DNA of 64,000 nucleotides from the NCBI GenBank assembly GCA_965649765.1, contig OZ287749.1, forward strand, positions 41,540,001 to 41,604,000, in the 5' to 3' direction. Below the pieces are notes generated by a model. That model was not told the DNA's origin. It did no database searches and worked only from the letters and a program-made list of their open reading frames with translations. Positions 13,298 through 26,443 of the stretch are shown here, piece after piece. Both the position numbers and the translations under genes were made by a program. The first letter of the stretch is position 1. The number at the start of each line of letters is the position of its first letter. Source of the DNA: Bispira polyomma (taxonomy: Eukaryota).

Positions 13298-13849
13298 GTC
13301 AGTAGCAGCAATTCTATATGATCCATTTGATAGGATATAACAAATTTTAAAAGTACCTTATTGATTCCAGACATCTTCTAAAGCGCAACATTATTGACAA
13401 AATTGTTAAAATTGTAGTCCATTTCCAGTACAAGGTTTTCAGCTGTGAAATATGATGTCTTCATATGCAATAACACACTGGGATTTAAAATGTGTCCTTA
13501 TATGAATTGGTTCAGGGAACATGTAGTATTTACAGGATTACTAAGGTTTTCGTGTTGAATTAATTAATTTCTTTATCAGAAATCCAGCTAAATATGTGTT
13601 ACATACGAAAGGACTCTACTATTAACTGGATCAGTTATTTGTGTACACTCCACTTTTTCACTACGGTCATTGTGCAATCTAAAATTTGGTTCTTGTTTAG
13701 GAAGAATGAAGAAAGGGAGCTGAGGTGTGATCAAAATTTTAATAAAACATGCCTTTACCTACTGACGATGACCCAAATGACTATTTCTTATGATCATGAT
13801 TATTGATTTATGGATTCTGATGTTGCACTTTCTTATTGCCTATAAATAG

Positions 13850-14032
13850 GTGAAGTTTGTGAGCCCGATCATGATCAAGGACAAGAAGATCAATGAGTGG
13901 CTGACCATGGTGGAGAAAGAGATGCGTCTCACACTGGCCAAACTACTAGCTCAGGGTGTACAGGAAATCTCTGAGTTCAAGACCACAGCCATAGACCCCA
14001 GTAAATACCTTGAGTGGGTGGACAGGTACCAG
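13850..14032 (+). CDS. DYNC1H1: Dynein HC exon (linker; [14 protein letters not shown]...VDRYQ)
   Basis: tag|GTG...CAG|gtgagt. Confidence 0.95.
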
Positions 14033-14513
14033 GTGAGTTAAAACAAGGCTGTACAGGAAGTTAGAATATTAACCTTTTTTTTTTCTTTTTTTTTTTTTAT
14101 TCTTTTTGGTTTACATATATACAAGTTAAAAATATGACACAAATTCAACCTTAGTGAGAAAACACATTCAATATAATCACTTAATTACCAATTTTCTATA
14201 GTCATTTACTGGTAATTACATTCGAAAAGAGCAAAACATCAAATTACCTAGGTACATCTATAAACACATGTACATATATTTATATATACAGGCAAAAAAA
14301 CAATACTCTAACACATGTACAACAGTTCTTCTAATTTTAGGTCTATAAAGGGTTTACAATACAATACATTATTATACCACTAATTATAATTCTAAAAAGA
14401 TAGCATGCCATGTCAACCATTTTCTTTTAAATCCCTCGTATGTATTATTAACTTTTGACAACATCTCCTATTCAAAATATTTTGTTTCAGCAATTTTTTG
14501 TAAATGATATATG

Positions 14514-17500
14514 TTAAGATCTGTTTTTTTGGGCATTTGTAAAAATATAATGTCTCGTAATTGTTAAGATAAAATTTAGTGGCCAAAAGTTTTGATCTTG
14601 TTTTAAAGTACCTAATATTTTGACAGATTTTTTCAAATGGACTTTAATTCCAAGTTTTGATTTAATCCAGGATATTACATTATTCCATAACATGTTTGAT
14701 TTGATGCACTCCGAAAATAAGTGTACCATTGATTCAGTATTCTGATTACACAGCCTACATTGATCAGTATCAGACAGTTTTATTTTAAATAACAATTCTT
14801 TTGTCCCTAAAATTCTATGTAAAATTCGGTATTGGAACCATATAAATCCATTATCATTTATAGTATAAAAACAAACTTTATATATTATTTTCCATATGTT
14901 TGGAATTTCTTCAATATTTAAAACTAAGCGCCATTTTGTTTCATTTTTTGGTAAATTGTCACACGATTCTTGAATTTTTAAATAAATATTTTTACTTCTG
15001 GTATGGGAGTTTACTAAAATTCTTATATGAAATGGAATATATGGTCTTAAAAAAGGACAGACAATATTTTTCGCACTTTGCAGTAAAACTGGCTGAACAA
15101 AATGTTTTACTGTAAAGTAGTTAAGAATATTCACTGGAAAGTTATACCGAAACTTGATCTCTTCCAAGGTTAAGATGCAGCCCTCTAAGTTTACAATATC
15201 TCCAATAACATGAATACCATGCTTAAACCAATCTGGAAAGAAAAGTTTATCCGTACCAATATGGCTATTGAACCAAATACTGCTGCAGTATATGTCTTGA
15301 GTAGTCTGAACTTTTGAAATTTTACAAAGTTCTCTAAAATAAGTAAGAACTATTTTCCAAAAGGAGTTTAATCTTGATATTATAGTAGTACACCACTCGC
15401 CCCCTAGAGTAAATAATTTTGTTAGATCTCCAGCTACATGTTTAAGGAGGATAAGCCAGTTTTTTCTTCTTACTGAAATCATACGCTTTATCCAACTTAC
15501 TTTCAAAGATTTTTCAAAATTATATATATTAACCATGCTGAGCCCCCCCTGTAAATTATTTTTACACAGTTGTTTTCTGTTTATCTTGTCTGGTTTCCCA
15601 TCCCATATATATTTAAATAAGAGATTGTTGATGTCATTGAGAATCTCAACTGGTGTTGGGATTGATGAGAACAAGTGGATAAATTTTGATAATATTAGTG
15701 TCTTAATAATTGTGATTTTTCCAGTCGGTGTCAGGTATCTGGATCTCCATGATTGGAGTGTTTGTTGGGCTCTTGTCAATGCTTTCTCACATGAAAATTT
15801 TAGTCCTAAAAGATTAAACTTAGAGTCTCCCCAGTGTAGTTTTGATGTAACTTTCAATTTTTTTTTTGAGTCAATTTTACTACCAATCCAGACAAGTTGA
15901 GTTTTTTCAGTATTCATTTTTAGGCCCGACAAATTACCAAAAATTTCTAAAACATTCAAAGTTGCCTGCAAAGAATCTACATTGCCATCTAAAATCATTG
16001 TTGTGTCATCTGCAAATTGTATGAGCTTATAAATCTCTTTTCCAATTTGGAGGCCCTTAATTTTTGAAGATTTCTGAATGAGAAAGCTTAATATTTCGGC
16101 TACCAACAAAAAAAAGATACGGAGCAATTGGGTCGCCTTGTCTACAGCCCCTTTCTGCCGGTATTGGATTAGATAAAACTCCGCATTGTATTACGTATGC
16201 ATTTATATCTCTGTTGAAAAGTTTTATCCAGTTAATGAAATTTTCACAGAAACCAAAATAATTGAGTACTTTATAGAGGAAAGCCCATGAGACAGAATCA
16301 AATGCTTTCTCAAAATCAATTAGCATTAATAGTCCTGGAATTTTATTTTCTTCTGTATAGTTCATTAAATCATATATAAGTCTAGTATTTTCGCCTATGC
16401 ATCTGCCACTTATGAAGCCAGATTGGTTTGGAGAGATAATATCCGCTAAAAGTGGTTTTAATCTTTCGGCTATAGAGGCAGAAGCTAGGTTATAGATAAC
16501 ACACAATAGCGATATAGGGCACCAGTTTTTTAAAAGTTTTCGATCCTTATCACCCTTTGGTATACAGGTTATGATATTCTGTCTCATTGAGATAGTTAAA
16601 AGGCCTTTGGAGTAGCACAAATTTATAGCATTAGTTATGTAATATTTTAATTGACACCAAAACACTTTTAAAAAGTCAGCTGAAATACCATCGATTCCAG
16701 GTGACTTATTATTTTTCATTTTTTTAAGTGCATTGCTTAGTTCCATGACCGACAAAGCATTTCCTAGTTCTAACTTTGGAATTTGTTTCAGTCCGGCAAG
16801 ATCAATTTCTTTACTCAAATTATATTCATCAAGCGCATTGTCCCTACTTTTGAAGAGATTACGATAAAAAATTTCAATTTCTTCAAATATTTGCTTTTGA
16901 TCTGTAACAATAGAGCCATTCTTATTTTGCAGTTTTCTTATTGTTTTTTCAGTAAAATGTTTACTTTCCAATTTACAAAGAAGGAGGTTGGCTTTTCCCC
17001 TTCATTAAGCCACTGTATTCTATCTCGAGTCATGTATCCTTTTAATTTTTCTTTTCTAATATTTTCCAATTCTGTTCGCTTGTCATCCAATAAAGTTGTA
17101 CTATTCTGGTTCATTGGATTACTTTCTAGAATGGCTATGTCATTTATTAAATGTTTCTCAAGCAAATTTTGTTTCTTTTTAAAATTTGTTGCAAATTTTA
17201 TTGTTTAGCCTCGAAATCTTAAGAACAACATTTCTAAGAAAGTATCGTCGTCAATAGAAAACTTGATGTTATTATTATTTATTTTTAAGTAGTCCAAATT
17301 ATAAACAGGTAAAGCATATTTTAATTTCTCTTCCTCAATAACTGTGTTGATCAGATTTAAATATTCTTTGTTATTCAAATAGCTATTGTTAAATTTCCAT
17401 ATGCCACAGCCATTTTTGAAATTACAAGTATTTAGCTGCAATTCTACAATAGAATGATCTGATCTATAGCTCGGTTTTATAACACGTGATTCAACAATGT

Positions 17501-18146
17501 CAGTCATGGAACTCAATATTAAAAAGTAATCTAGTGTTGCTTGTTTTATAAGAGTTTTTTTTCTCCATGAAAATCGTTTAGCATAAGGATTTAAATATCG
17601 AAATATATCCACTAAATCTATTTCATTTAACATATCTATGACTTTAGCCCTGGCTTGGGGGTTATTTATATTGACATAATTGTAACAATCTTTTATAGGG
17701 TCCATAACAAGGTTGAAGTCCCCACAGATTACAACATAGTCAGCTTCATCATTTTTAGCCAATTGCAAGATTTTGCTAAAAAATTCTGGACTATCCTTAT
17801 TTGGAGTATAAATATTGATAAGATTTAATTTCATTGTGCCACATGTAATAAGTAATTGCAAAATATTTCCCTCTTTGTCCTTGTTCACTTCAGTTATCTT
17901 ATACTCAAAATTGTTGTTTAGCAAGATTAAGACACCACGGGAGTTGGTTTTTGTTCCATTAATATAGCAGTCATGCCAAACTTGTTTCAAAGAGGTCATA
18001 TCGCTTTCCAGGAGGTGGGTATCCTGCAGACATACAATAGAGGCATTTGTTTCTTTCAGTTAATTTAGAACATCAACTCTCTTTTTAAAGTTGCGAAGCT
18101 CTTGACAATTTGCAGACAACACTTTAATGTTAGATAGATTCTTCAT
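14514..18146 (-). pseudogene. LINE ORF2 (APE endonuclease, reverse transcriptase, CCHC), disrupted
   Basis: Starts MKNLSNIKVLSANCQ at 18146. In-frame TAA at 18060-18062 and frame breaks near 17200, 16950 and 16100. Motifs: CLQDTH, GDFN, LDYFL, SDH (APE); KSPGIDG, DFEKAFD, QGDP, FADD (RT); CRLC..E...HLF.EC. Confidence 0.93.
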
Positions 18147-19632
18147 ATTGAATTTTAAATTTCACTTGCAGACAACCAAAATTTTTAATATTTAGCAGAT
18201 GTACAACAATGTTCCAACATACCAAAAATATAACGGTACTCCTTAAAACTTTATCGTGAAAATCGATAAGAGAATGTTTGAAAATCATGTTATGTGAATA
18301 ACAACAACACTTACTATATTTTTCATGAATCTGTGTCAACATTTCTACATATATATACAAAATGACATACACACTACAGAAAACACATATATGTACAATC
18401 CACCTTTTGGTGGCAAGTTTCATTTTTATGAAACGAGAAAGACAAAAGGGGAACTATATACATTGAGAGTCTACAATATGCACTCAAAGCTATTTAGTAT
18501 TACAATTAAAGAGGACTGTCTAATGTTAATAATTATTACACACAATCTACGTGCTGCAAGAAATAACAATAGCTATTAGTTTATAGCTGTCTTACAACCC
18601 TATACTAGTAATAACTATACAACATATAGTGTTGAAATATTTTTTATTTTACTCAGTGTTTGTCACTGTAATATATATTTAATTTATAGTTGTTTATTCT
18701 AAGTGTAATACAGCTGCAGCAAAACTTGTTATTTAACAGATAATATGATGCAATAAAACTATAGCCACTGTTTGCCACCAAATGTCATACTACTAAGTTA
18801 AAGTTGCCATTCAAATTCAATATGTATTGTAAAAAACATACAGAAGAAAAAATGAGACAATAAAGTGTTAATAACAGCTAAGAATTTTAGGACTGTACTA
18901 AATAACACAACCAATCCCTGAATTCATATTCATAGTAATTTTCAAGTTTTCAAAATGTAATTTTACCACATCTTTTAACAAAGGTACATCATCAAAGATA
19001 ATGACATGAAATGATCATGTGTAAAAGTCAATAAATGTGATTTATTAATACGATAATATTTGCAATATGTGCTAAAAAAAGTAACACAGATTGTGACTTT
19101 AGCACAGTACTACATCCTCAGGACTGTCATACAGCCACTGTTAATATTAGTGGTAATTATGTTTAACAATTTACAATATGTGTTTGTGGATAAGGTCTGT
19201 TTCGTTTAATAATAATCGTTATATCACAGAAATTATGAGGCAGTACAAGATAATCATATGGCTATAAATTGTAATTATATGTTTTAACATATTATATTAT
19301 CATGCTGTCTTCCGACTGTCATTAAGATTGATAATACATTCGTCATTGAAATATATTCGTAAGATAAACATAATAATTATCACTTTTCAAATATATAATT
19401 GGACTACCCCTTAAGGCAGTCATACATTTGTTGGTAAACTTCTTATGTGAGGAACAATTGTGGTAAACAAATCAGCTAACCATATGTTAAGCAATTTAAC
19501 TCTAATTAGACAAAAATAAACAGCTACAAATAGACAGTAGTACTTAAGTAATTGAATTACAGCCAATAAGGTAAAGTATTACTGACATATAATATGCCAT
19601 CTGGACATATTAAGTTAGTATCATAGTATAGG

Positions 19633-20970
19633 TCAGTTTAGTGATGCTCTTACTTCCATTAATATTTCACCAAGTCTGTTTTTACCTTTCCACTTAGCAT
19701 TGTCCTAGATATCCTTGTCCTGTAGAGATAGTCCCACCCCCCAATACGAGTCTCTTGGATTTGCTTCAATTAAGGTTGATTGGCCTGTGTTCTTCAGAAA
19801 AGCAGCGAGCTCAGGATTCTGTGTGAATTTTGCATCAATTCCTAACTTCATATATCCGTCACCCACTTTATTCCATTCAGCACTGTTGAAATTTTCTACC
19901 TGGTGACCTAGTTTCTTGGCAGTCACCAGGTCATCCGTGCCTAAGATTGAAGTAGCGGTCACCTCATCTTTGAAGTATTTTGACTTTCTGAACATAAAAT
20001 ATTGTTCAGCAGAATCAAATTGCAGGCCATCTTTCATGAAGGATGATGGATAGTGGTTGGAAAGAATTGAGTGCTTGGTGAAAAAGGCTACAAAATTTCC
20101 ACTCTTAATTGTTGTCAAGGTATTTGGTTTCAATTCATCAGGTAGTTTATCCAACTCTTTACTGGTGTACTGCTTACCGTTTAAAACTAGCTTATCGAAA
20201 TTCAACCTTGCTTTGTACTTGCCATTTGAAGTATAAGCTGCTTGTAGGACAGGAATAAAGTTTTGGCGTCGCTTTCTTGTCTCAGATGGAAAATCCTCTG
20301 TGATAAAAATCTTGGAATGTTTAAACTTTTCCTTTTCCATCAGCACTTTTTGACGATCTTTGAAGTGATAAAATTTGACAATGATAGGGCTATCTTTCTG
20401 ACCAGTAATCCAGAGTCTGTGTGCACGCTCAATGTCTCTAGGTTGGAGTACAGTACTATGTTTGGAACACAAGTTAATGATTAAGTCCTCGCAATTCTCA
20501 GGTGCTCCTGTTGGGGTTGACTTCTTGACACCAAAAAACTTTAAGTTATTCCTTCTTGACCTTCCTTCCATTGAGAGAAGTCTTTCTTCTAACTCATTGA
20601 TTTTATCTTCATAAGTTTGTAGTTTGGCACTCATCATCTTGTTCTTGGACTCCATATGATTCAGTTTTTCTGTAAGCAGTGTAATTTGATGAACTTGTTC
20701 AGAAGTAAATTTTACAGTCTGCTTGACTTGGTCCAAGTCATTGGTCATTTGTTCCAGTTCTTGATGAAGTAGTAATTTTGTCTGTTCCCGTTCTTGTTGA
20801 ATTAGTGATTTCATACCCGTTAGTGTCACTGGAGAATCAGGAGAACCCGGGGAAACTAACTCATAATCTCTTTTCAACTGTTTGCTTATTACTCCATTGG
20901 TAGTACTAGTTTTGCTGGTGCTTCCACGATTTCCAGCACCCTTATTACTGTCTTTATTAGGCATTTTCAA
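19633..20970 (-). CDS. LINE ORF1p (coiled coil plus L1-type RRM/CTD) fused to a C-terminal NADAR/YbiA-like domain; premature TAG at 19705-19707
   Basis: ORF1 motifs RSRRNNLKFFGV, DIERAHRL, PIIVKF, IFITEDF. NADAR motifs SNHYPS, EQYFMFRK, AKKLG, AKFTQNPEL, LIEANPRDSYWGVG. Reading through the TAG continues in frame as DNAKWKGKNRLGEILMEVRASLN*. Confidence 0.88.
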
Positions 20971-23900
20971 TGGTGTTCTGCACTCTATTTGGGATTATTA
21001 CTGTACCAAGTCTTTATTCAATAAGCATATATATATATATTATCCTATTGTGTTATCCTTTTCTTATGTAACTATAAGACTTGTTTGTTACATTCAGTTG
21101 GTATTTCTTATCCTTTTAATCCTTTAAGCTGTTACCCCTGTTTGTTATGACACAAGGCATTCAAACGCAATATCACATCTGTTGAAAAGTGTACTTGATA
21201 AATGTGTTGAAAAGTGTACCTGATGAACCATAACATTCAAGTTTACAAAGGTCCATTTATTGTGCTGAAGAAATACCAGGTAGCACTCCACAATATTGAT
21301 AGACAGGTTCACACCCTCCACAGGTTCAATCAACAGAACACTAGTACATTTCTTTAAATCAAATTATCAAGCCAATTTGTGCCATATATGGAATCTGCTG
21401 TACACCTCTACTGTGTATTCAATATGGCTTGCATATTAATCATCCCAAATCATCAAACTTTTTCCTCTAATTTAAGCTGTAATATAGCTTATTTTTATTT
21501 ACTTTTAGTACCAGGGTAATCTATGCACATTTAAAAATCACATTATCTACAAATAATAGTCAATCCTCTTCAATTTCCCACATAAAATCTTATAGACTCC
21601 CACAGCCAAAAAATTCACATGTCTCTCTCAGACCTCTCCCAGCCAAATATTAACCTTTTTAACCATACATTTGGGACAGTAAAAATTACTTTATAAAATT
21701 TGGATAATAAAGGTTCCACTGTAAAAATAAATGCCGAACATACATGCGGTGGAACCCTTTAAGTAGAACTATGTTGACTCAATTTCCTGTAATGTGGAGA
21801 AAATCGGCAGTCCCACCGATGCTTATTTTATTTAAATCCACCCGGTCAAGTGAAAATCCTGCTTAAGTAGAAGTATTTGGTGAATAATGGACAGCACTTC
21901 CGGTGGAATAATAGAAGAGTGCACAACCCAAACAGCGTACAAGCTTGAGGACTTTACTTATAAAGAGTATTAAAGACTATGTTATGGTATTTCCTAGTTT
22001 CGTGGCTATTTTCCCATGTTCCTCCATCCACTAGCACCCTGATTTGATTTTTAATGAGTGAGTCTAGCAAGGCTAGTCTCACTCATTGATAGGATTGTGC
22101 AGATTTGGTGTTGTGACAGCATTTACTTGAAATCAGCCCGAAAATATAACTTGATACTTACCAGGTATTGTTTTTTAATTCTGGGATTAATGCAGTCGAT
22201 TCATTTTCTTAATAAAAACTACTTGATATACAGATTTTGTATATGCAGTACAGGTATGCTGCATATTTGTGGAGGTAATCCTTAACAAATTTTGTGCTTT
22301 GTATACTAAGAATAAAAAGTAAAACTGGCTCACTCTTTCTTAAATAAATTCTATAGATATACAAATAAAGAAATAGAATACTGTAAAAATGAGGTGTAGT
22401 TCATAATTTATAAGTACTATGTGTACCAATTTTTGTTCTGATGAGGAATTTAGTGAAGAAAACTTTTAGGAGGTTTTAAACCCTTATTTTTTGGAATCCC
22501 CAAATCCAATCAATTATATCATAACTCTTTTAGTGAAACAACTTCAGAAAGCAGTGAAAATGATTACATTCCAGCTGATTTGTGGGAAGTCATAAGGATG
22601 TATATTTAGAATTATTGCTTGGGTACACACTTACACTTTTACCACAAAGCTTTTAGTCTTAGAATAGTTTAGGTCATGTCTAATGCAGGGTTTCAAACAC
22701 TGGTGATATTAAATGTTATAACATTGTATAAATATATAAAAATGTTTATAATGAACCAAAATGTCTGTAACTTTATACAAGGTAATCAGCTTCACAATGA
22801 TAACTTTTATGAGTTATTCACCATTATGATTTTTTAACAAACAACATTTTTAAAAGCAATAACATAGTTGCTATTTATGACGTTTTAATATTTAAATACC
22901 ACAAATAGCTTTCAATAAAGAATTAAAAATATAGCAATTCGGTATTTTTAACTTGTAGCTTTCTGTTCAAACTGTGCCAGATACGTTTTCATATTTATAA
23001 TTATTTCACTTTGTCAAATGTTGTGAAAAACTAAATTTAAGGCCATTAAAGTCATTTTGACAGTTATATATTTAAATAATTATTTCATCTTAATCGGAAA
23101 TATTGTGGTGAACTTTGTTACAAGCAACGGTTTGTTCTGTTGAATTACCATTGATGTCAGTGATAGAGAAATTCAACCACTGTATGGATCTTTTTGTTTG
23201 GCTCTTTTATATGTAGGACATTGCTGCTGATGTTGTTGGACCATTCCATTAAAATGTTAAACATAATCAAAATTAGCTGACACTTTGACGTCTTGCACAT
23301 ATTAGTTTACCAGATTCAGATTTTGCTTGAGCTGTCAGAATTCTCATTAAAATGTAGGCAAGCTAATAGGATTTGGGGTTTCATAATAGAGCGAAGTAAG
23401 TGTATCATCTTTAGGGCAAAATAACAGAGAACACCATGGTACGCTTCAACTGAAGAGGTTTGACCCAAAATATGACAGTTTTCCAATATCTTTCAAAAAC
23501 ACCTTGTTATTGAGCAACATTTGTAATCATTTATGAGCCCTATAGAGCCATTCACTATCCAGTCTTTGTCACTGAGTAGGCCATGAACACAGATTTTCCA
23601 GATCTAGAATCATTCTTACAGTCTCAGACAAAGCAGTGTACTATTTTGAATTTGTATATATATAACTCCACTATAGCTCAATATAGAGTGATAATACACT
23701 AAATTAATGATATTTATACAATAAACTTTAGTGAAAACTAGCAGTAAACTATTTTGGTATACATGTAACAGGATATGTATCCAGATATATATAGAGAGAG
23801 AGAAATAAAAGAGAGAGAAGGAATGGAATTAAACTACATGTTGTATTGTATTCACCATCATTTATTGTCTATTTTAAAATATGCTAAAATAGTTTTTCTT

Positions 23901-24639
23901 TCCCATCTGCTTTAAGTGCGTGACACGTGTATGCATTTTCAAAACATCCAATATAAGAGTTTATTTTAGTAAATTATAAAGTTACATCAGACATTTTGGA
24001 AGTGACCCCAGCGCCCCTAGCGAGTTCTACCAAACAATAAAGTTCTACGTTTACAAAATAATTCGCAACGACCAGAAAACGAAAATCTCGAAGATCGTTC
24101 AAAATTATTATTAACTACATACAGCTGAAAAGGGAACCCAAATTTTGCCCACGTATTTTAAAGCCCCGTTTGTATATAATATTACAATAAAAATGGTTTA
24201 TTTAATATTATACTGCAATAAATGGTTCTATTTTTCATCAATATTTAACCTTAAATTTTCGATTTTATATCGCCAGAAAGCTATTATTTTCTGCTTTTTG
24301 ACAGTCCAAACAGTTTCCAAATCCAATGAATATTATTTGAGCTTTGTGAAGAAATCCTTGTAAAAATCTTAAAAGTGTAGTGATAATAGGCATTGATCAA
24401 ATTCTGATTTCTCTAATTACTTAAGCTAAAATTTTAAGATTTATATGTCATGAAGAGCAATTAATACACTTTTTGACCCTTCAAACATACTAGCGATCCT
24501 TTTTTAAATTCTGGGGATAATGCAGTCAATTCGTTTTCTTAATAAAAAATCTATAATAACAGTTTCAAAAATGTAGGTTGCATTGACATAAAGTTGAACT
24601 CAGGTTGACCTATATATTCACATATTTTATCTTCCATAT

Positions 24640-25100
24640 ACATCGTAAGCGCTTCATCTTTGTACAACAAATTCTAAGGCACGATAAACTTAAGCATTAA
24701 TCAAAAAATCAAAAATGGTGGACAGATGGTGGTCATAACCAGGAAGACTACTGGAATGGTTGCAAGGGCTAAGGCGGAAATGCCTGTTCAAAAAGGTAGG
24801 CCTTCAGCTTCCTCCTGAAAGAGGAGAACGTTTGAGCCAGGCGAACATGATCAGGCAGGCTGTTCCATATGAGGGGGCCATCATGAGCAAGGCAATGATT
24901 AAAATGTACTTTGGATTTGTGGATGCGAGGGGAAAGTGGGAATATTAAGATATATTTTATCAGGGCAACTGCGCCTAGTCCTGACTGAGCATGTATATTT
25001 GGATATATAGGGGCTGAAATAGGTGGGTAATCCAGAATTTAGAAATTTGTATAAAATTGTTGCAGTTTTGAAAGCAATATTTTATTGGGAGCCAGTGGAG
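24640..25100 (-). mobile_element. 5'-truncated L2/CR1-group LINE 3' end
   Basis: Minus strand translates to LHWLPIK..IAFKTATILYKFLNSGLPTYF...WNSLPDHVRLAQTFSSFRRKLKAYLFEQAFPP*, a typical L2 ORF2 C-terminus, followed by a short 3' tail. Confidence 0.78.
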
Positions 25101-25513
25101 CCTACCTAGGGGTCTTACTAAACTGTTTTCGAGAATCAATGAACTTACCATTAAAGCTACAATTTAAAGATTAATATGTCCATTAAGAGTAATTTATACA
25201 CTTTCTGAAACTTTTTACAAAATTAATTTCCGTCCTATACTTACCGAGATGTACACATTTTCGCATAAGTCTGTGACTTCATCAGCTGATGTACTTACTG
25301 TTGGTGAACGAATATGTGACTGATTTATCGGTCACTGATTGCTTGTTATTCAATGTACACTTCTGATGTTGTGGTCAGCTCTGCACATCATTAAATTTCC
25401 CGATCTCTCTGATACTATGTTTTTGTTTTACGCCCAGCTTGTTGTAGAAAGCCTGGAGAAAGGTCGGCACTATTAAATTTTCCTATCTTTCTAACACTAT
25501 ATTTCTGTTTTAG

Positions 25514-25714
25514 GCCCAGCTTGTTGTTCTCGCTGCCCAGATCTCATGGTCAGAAAGTCTAGAGAAAGCTCTGCACACCATTGAGCAGTCTGGGAAGTCT
25601 GACCTGGGTCCAGTACAGGGTGTGTTACAAGTGGTAGAGTCCACTCTCAATGTCCTCGCCGACTCTGTACTCCATGAACAGCCACCTGTCAGGAGGAGGA
25701 AGCTGGAGCATCTG
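25514..25714 (+). CDS. DYNC1H1: Dynein HC exon ([14 protein letters not shown]...RRRKLEHL)
   Basis: tag|GCC...CTG|gtacgt; not in ORF track. Confidence 0.94.
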
Positions 25715-26160
25715 GTACGTGAAAGACTGTAGAGTTTTGCTCACTTTATGACACCTCAAGTGTACTATGTAATATTGCATGTGTGTCATAGTTGTAAATT
25801 TATAGGGGGCAGAAGTCTAGAGTTCACAAGAAAAAAGTGTAACAATCGAGTTGTTTTCTTCTCGGAATATGATGTAAATTTATTTAAAATAAGTTGGAAG
25901 TCACCAACCTGAGCACCGAAAACTGTGCAAATAATTATGGCAGTAATTAACATTACTGTCGTGACTTCTACTTTACTTCAACCTTGTACACTAAAACAAC
26001 TACAACTGTATATTATTGCTTCAACTTCAGGGACGCTTTGTTTTTGTTTTCAAAAACCATTTTCTAGTTACAGTTTGTAAAATGTTCCAGAGGACTTTAA
26101 GTGACATGTAAGTTCACATTTAGTGACTACAAAGTGATAGGTATTTGTGACTTTGTTTAG

Positions 26161-26443
26161 ATCACAGAGCTGGTCCACCAGAGAGACGTGACACGTACCC
26201 TGGTACAGAACAACGTCAACAACTCCAAGAACTTCATGTGGCTCAGTCAGATGAGGTTCTACTTTGACCCCAAGAACCCTGAACCCCTGCGCCAGCTCTC
26301 CATACACATGGCCAACGCCAAGTTCAACTACGGCTTTGAGTACTTGGGGGTGGTGGAGAAGCTAGTCCAGACCCCACTCACTGACCGCTGTTATCTGACC
26401 ATGACCCAGGCATTAGAGGCCAGACTAGGGGGGTCTCCATTCG
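26161..26443 (+). CDS. DYNC1H1: Dynein HC exon ([10 protein letters not shown]...YGFEYLG...LGGSPF; start of AAA1)
   Basis: tag|ATC...TTCG|gtaggt. Confidence 0.96.

Larger units (their letters stand above)
14080..21645 (-). mobile_element. Full-length L1/Tx1-clade non-LTR retrotransposon (about 7.6 kb), antisense in a dynein intron
   Basis: 15-bp TSD AATATTAACCTTTTT at 14065-14079 and 21646-21660. Poly(A) tail appears as a T-run from about 14075. The minus-strand target reads TT/AAAAA. ORF1 and an APE-RT-CCHC ORF2 lie in L1 order. Confidence 0.93.
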
